Source: Pseudobdellovibrionaceae bacterium (GTDB taxonomy: Bacteria > Bdellovibrionota > Bdellovibrionia > Bdellovibrionales > Bdellovibrionaceae). From it: DNA of 30,072 nucleotides. The stretch spans positions 1 through 30,072 of the forward strand of contig JBGGMM010000113.1 of NCBI GenBank assembly GCA_041288045.1, in the 5' to 3' direction. Shown here piece after piece: positions 26,976-30,072 of this stretch (position 1 is the stretch's first letter; every line of letters begins with the position of its first letter). A program made the position numbers and the translations under genes. The notes beneath the pieces are model-generated. The model saw nothing but the letters and a program-made list of their open reading frames with translations, was not told the origin of the DNA and ran no database searches.

Positions 26976-28130
26976 TCAAGATTCTCTTTCCCGATCTTTT
27001 CGGAATCTCTGCCAGGCCACTTTTTCAAATTCGACTGCTAAGAGCAGATTTTGACTGAGAAGACGGTAAAAGGATTCATAGGGGATTTCAAGCACGATCG
27101 CCTCTGTTTGCGCTCGAACGGTGGCGGTTCGCCTGCCTTGACTGACCATCAAAGCCATTTCACCAAAGCAATCTCCTTGCCCCAACACTCGCACTGGCTG
27201 GCCCTCTTTGGTTACCACCAAGGAACCTTGAACGATGATGTAGCAGTGCTCGCCCAGATCGCCTTCACGACAGATCACTTCATTCTGAGGAACAGTGCGG
27301 ATTTGGCCGGCAAAGACCAAAGCATCAAAACAATCATCGGGAATGCCACGAAAAATTTCAGATTTTAAAAGTGCGTGAATCACCCACAAGCGTTTGTGCA
27401 ATTGCCGAGCTGAGTCCTTCTGGATCAAAGGATCGAAAACTTCGGGCAAGTATTTCAGTCTGACGACCTGGCATTGGCCTTCGCTGATCACATCGGCGGT
27501 GCGTGGCTCGCCAAGAAAAAAACCGACTTCGCCAAACACACTGCCCTCACTGAGAGTCGCAACTCTTCGCGGCTTCGGGTAATTGCCACGCTTGATGATG
27601 GAAGCTTGTCCTTTTAAAAGCACGAAAAGACTTCTTTGCACTTGACCCTGCTGACAGATGGCAATGCCTGAGGGGGCTTCGATGATTTTCATATGGCCGA
27701 GGAAAATTTCAAGCAGGCCGGGATCCAAAGATCGCATGAAAGGAATTTTTTGCAGTTCATTTCGGACTTCAACTGGAGGTGCTGTTTCTTGAGAGAATAT
27801 TTTTTTGATCTGATCCCAAAAATGCGGACTTGGAGGCTCATCGATTTCATAAAAATAATCGGCAAATCCCTGATTGCGTAAAAGCCCCTCACGCAAAAGG
27901 AAATTCAAAAGGTGATAAAGACCGACAAAGGAAATCAGAATTTTTTGCGCCAAAAAGCCATTGACCAGCTTTTCAATGCTGGTGGATTTCTGCATTTGCT
28001 TGAGGATTTCAATTTGCTGGGCATTGAGAGTGAGAGTTTCTTTTGTGTTCAGTCCAATGATTTGCCCGCTCATTCCGATCTGCTCAAGATTTAAAGGAGC
28101 CAGATCTAATAATTCGTTTTCAATTTTCAT
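26976..28130 (-). CDS. Tandem cyclic-nucleotide-binding-domain protein
   Basis: Two phosphate-binding cassettes, FGEVGFFLGEPRTADV and FGEMALMVSQGRRTATV; a ~90-aa N-terminal domain; no Crp-type HTH after the second CNB domain. Overlaps the cyclase stop. Confidence 0.9.
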   Translation of the reverse strand: MKIENELLDLAPLNLEQIGMSGQIIGLNTKETLTLNAQQIEILKQMQKSTSIEKLVNGFLAQKILISFVGLYHLLNFLLREGLLRNQGFADYFYEIDEPPSPHFWDQIKKIFSQETAPPVEVRNELQKIPFMRSLDPGLLEIFLGHMKIIEAPSGIAICQQGQVQRSLFVLLKGQASIIKRGNYPKPRRVATLSEGSVFGEVGFFLGEPRTADVISEGQCQVVRLKYLPEVFDPLIQKDSARQLHKRLWVIHALLKSEIFRGIPDDCFDALVFAGQIRTVPQNEVICREGDLGEHCYIIVQGSLVVTKEGQPVRVLGQGDCFGEMALMVSQGRRTATVRAQTEAIVLEIPYESFYRLLSQNLLLAVEFEKVAWQRFRKDRERES

Positions 28131-30072
28131 AAAGACCTACTTTTTGTATTGCTTCCCAGGACAAACGCGCTCGGGTTTGCACCATGGGATCTGGATCGTT
28201 CAGATAATTGGGGATTTCAAAAACGAGACTGCGAAGAAAAGAATTGGCTTTTAGATACACCAAATCGCGATCCGAGTGGTATTCCACCAAAGCGGCGATC
28301 AGATAAAGGCCACTGGCTTTAGCTCTTGGCCTTGGCGAAGAAAGAAAATCTCGCACTTTTTTGAACAGGTTTTCGTCAAAATCGATTCTGCCTGACACCA
28401 ACACAGCGTCGGCTGCCAGCCGGTTGGAAGGTGAATTCATTTTCTCTGGCAGGTCTTCGATATCAAAATCAAAGAAGGCCTGGACGATCAGGGAATTGGC
28501 TTGGACGCGCAGATCTTTCGCTGTTTGGCATTTGCGGATGGCATTTTCAATTTCAGAATCCAGCTGCTCTTTTTGCAATAGATTTTGACTGAGCGCCATG
28601 ACCGATGCCAGTCTTCGGGATTCTGGTTTTTTATTTTCTCCCATTTTGAGGCAAGCGCTGAGAAGGTCGGTGTAAGCGCGAACGACTTCGTCACTGGCCA
28701 GTCCGACTTTCATGGAGCGAAGCGGAGCGATCAGAGAGAAAAAAGAGGAGTCCTCTTCTTCATGCAAAAGGAAATAGAGCTTTTGCAGAATTCCCACGAG
28801 GTCTTGATCACTGCGATAGGCTTCGGCAACGTGGGGAAGCGGAAATTGCTCAAAGGCTTTCACGAGTGGCGTGAATTTTTTGATTTCGACGATATGCGAT
28901 TCGGTTTGGAAACCTTTGAACACAGTGGTGCGATTGTCTGAAGCCTGACAGTAGGGGGAGAGTTCCTTCAGAGAGTCGGCGTAGGCGACCAGGATGTTGT
29001 CGTTTTTCTCGGTCACCTGTCCGAGCATTCGCACTGATTCGATCAGTGGCAATCCGCTGAAAGAGTAGCCCTGATCCAATTTCACGAACTGCAAGGAGCC
29101 TGAAACCAAGCTGGCTTTCAAACGCAGGCCGTTGGGAAGTCCGGGGCTCACCAATCTTTCGGCCATTTCAAAAAGACTTCGGATAGCACGTAGAGCTCGC
29201 ACACTGGATGGCAAAACTCCATTTTCCTTAAACAGGAAAATGATTTCATCACCGACGTACTGGTAGATGAGACCCCCGTGATAGCGCTCAATCAGATCCC
29301 TCGAGGTTTGAAAATAGAGATTGAGGATGTGCAAAAGCTCATCCGGTTTTTTCTGAAGCACCAGCTGCGTGTAACCATTCAAATCAATTCGCGCCAAAGT
29401 GCAGGGAAATTCATAGGGCGGCCGCTGCCCTGATCGAATCTCGGCGCGAACCGCCGGCGCCAGCGAGCTTGCCAGCAAGAGATTGTCTTTACGCAATCCC
29501 TCCGTGGCGCGCTCAAAGCCCTTGGTGGCTTGAAGCAGGATATCCCCTTCTTTCGAGCGGGATTGAATCTTTGAGAGGTTTGAGCGGGTCCGGGTTTGAA
29601 GCGCTTTGGAAAGCTGAACGATGTCTTTTAAAATCAGATAGACAATGAGAAACACCATGGTGGTGACCAGTACCAGATCCTGAATGATGGCTTGCTTGCG
29701 AGCTTGCAGTTGGCGCCACAGAAAAGTTCCTTCGGCTTTGTTGATGCCGATGGTGATTTTGTAATCGTACACCGCGAGGGCTTTGAAAGCGAAGTCATCG
29801 GATTCAACGAAATCATCGGTGACTTTGTAATCGTGATTGATGCCTTGAAGGTCCTCGTTTTTGTTATAAAACCCGAGCACTTCATCGTTTTTACGCAAAA
29901 GAAAGAAATCAAATTCGCCAAGCTCTCGCGCTGTCTGCAAGCGTGGCAAAAGAGCTTGAGAATTTCGATTCATCAGAAAATGAGCCGAAAGGTCTAGGTA
30001 AAAATTAGCGATTTTCTTTCGTCGCTCTGTTTCACGCTGATAAGAATCGCGGGATTGGTAAATGTACATGCC
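28120..30072 (-). CDS. Membrane class III (adenylate/guanylate-type) nucleotide cyclase with helical C-terminal domain, probably 5'-truncated by the window
   Basis: TM helix, then RIDLNGYT and YQYVGDEIIF (both metal-binding Asp), LRLKASLVSG, FSGLPLIESVRM; HEAT-like tail. The frame is open to the window edge. Confidence 0.8.
   Translation of the reverse strand, partial: GMYIYQSRDSYQRETERRKKIANFYLDLSAHFLMNRNSQALLPRLQTARELGEFDFFLLRKNDEVLGFYNKNEDLQGINHDYKVTDDFVESDDFAFKALAVYDYKITIGINKAEGTFLWRQLQARKQAIIQDLVLVTTMVFLIVYLILKDIVQLSKALQTRTRSNLSKIQSRSKEGDILLQATKGFERATEGLRKDNLLLASSLAPAVRAEIRSGQRPPYEFPCTLARIDLNGYTQLVLQKKPDELLHILNLYFQTSRDLIERYHGGLIYQYVGDEIIFLFKENGVLPSSVRALRAIRSLFEMAERLVSPGLPNGLRLKASLVSGSLQFVKLDQGYSFSGLPLIESVRMLGQVTEKNDNILVAYADSLKELSPYCQASDNRTTVFKGFQTESHIVEIKKFTPLVKAFEQFPLPHVAEAYRSDQDLVGILQKLYFLLHEEEDSSFFSLIAPLRSMKVGLASDEVVRAYTDLLSACLKMGENKKPESRRLASVMALSQNLLQKEQLDSEIENAIRKCQTAKDLRVQANSLIVQAFFDFDIEDLPEKMNSPSNRLAADAVLVSGRIDFDENLFKKVRDFLSSPRPRAKASGLYLIAALVEYHSDRDLVYLKANSFLRSLVFEIPNYLNDPDPMVQTRARLSWEAIQKVGLYEN

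Noticed and set aside
26976..30072. Pycsar anti-phage system (cyclase plus cNMP-binding effector)
   Set aside because: The CNB protein has no TIR or TM effector domain, the cyclase is a membrane sensor type, and the surroundings are not a defence island.

Overview
Chromosomal, non-mobile window, probably from a Bdellovibrionota-like bacterium (inferred from gene content, not proven). About 27 CDSs can be supported; I see no rRNA, tRNA, CRISPR array or transposase. Four things stand out. (1) A single-ORF malate synthase A-isocitrate lyase fusion that still carries a strong internal RBS and ATG at the ICL start. (2) A 918-aa lipoprotein with PKD, Cys-rich and thrombospondin-like modules ending in a Hint domain that lacks the intein His-Asn terminus (Hedgehog-like autoprocessing candidate), translationally coupled to a membrane-anchored partner. 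(3) A signalling island: a CHASE3/GAF triple-receiver hybrid kinase, CheR and CheB with no chemoreceptor in view, a second hybrid kinase, an Hpt protein and an NtrC-type sigma54 activator. Five correctly spaced sigma54 -24/-12 promoters and a recurring 14-bp upstream motif lie in front of small general-stress-type genes, so this looks like a complete sigma54-driven stress regulon. (4) A non-canonical class III nucleotide cyclase, a tandem cNMP-binding protein and a PilZ protein in one cluster. The rest: RecQ, IlvE, pirin, rhomboid, YheU, a stand-alone FliG-C domain, an M23 peptidase and a highly structured palindromic element at the left edge. All calls come from reading motifs by eye; no searches were run.
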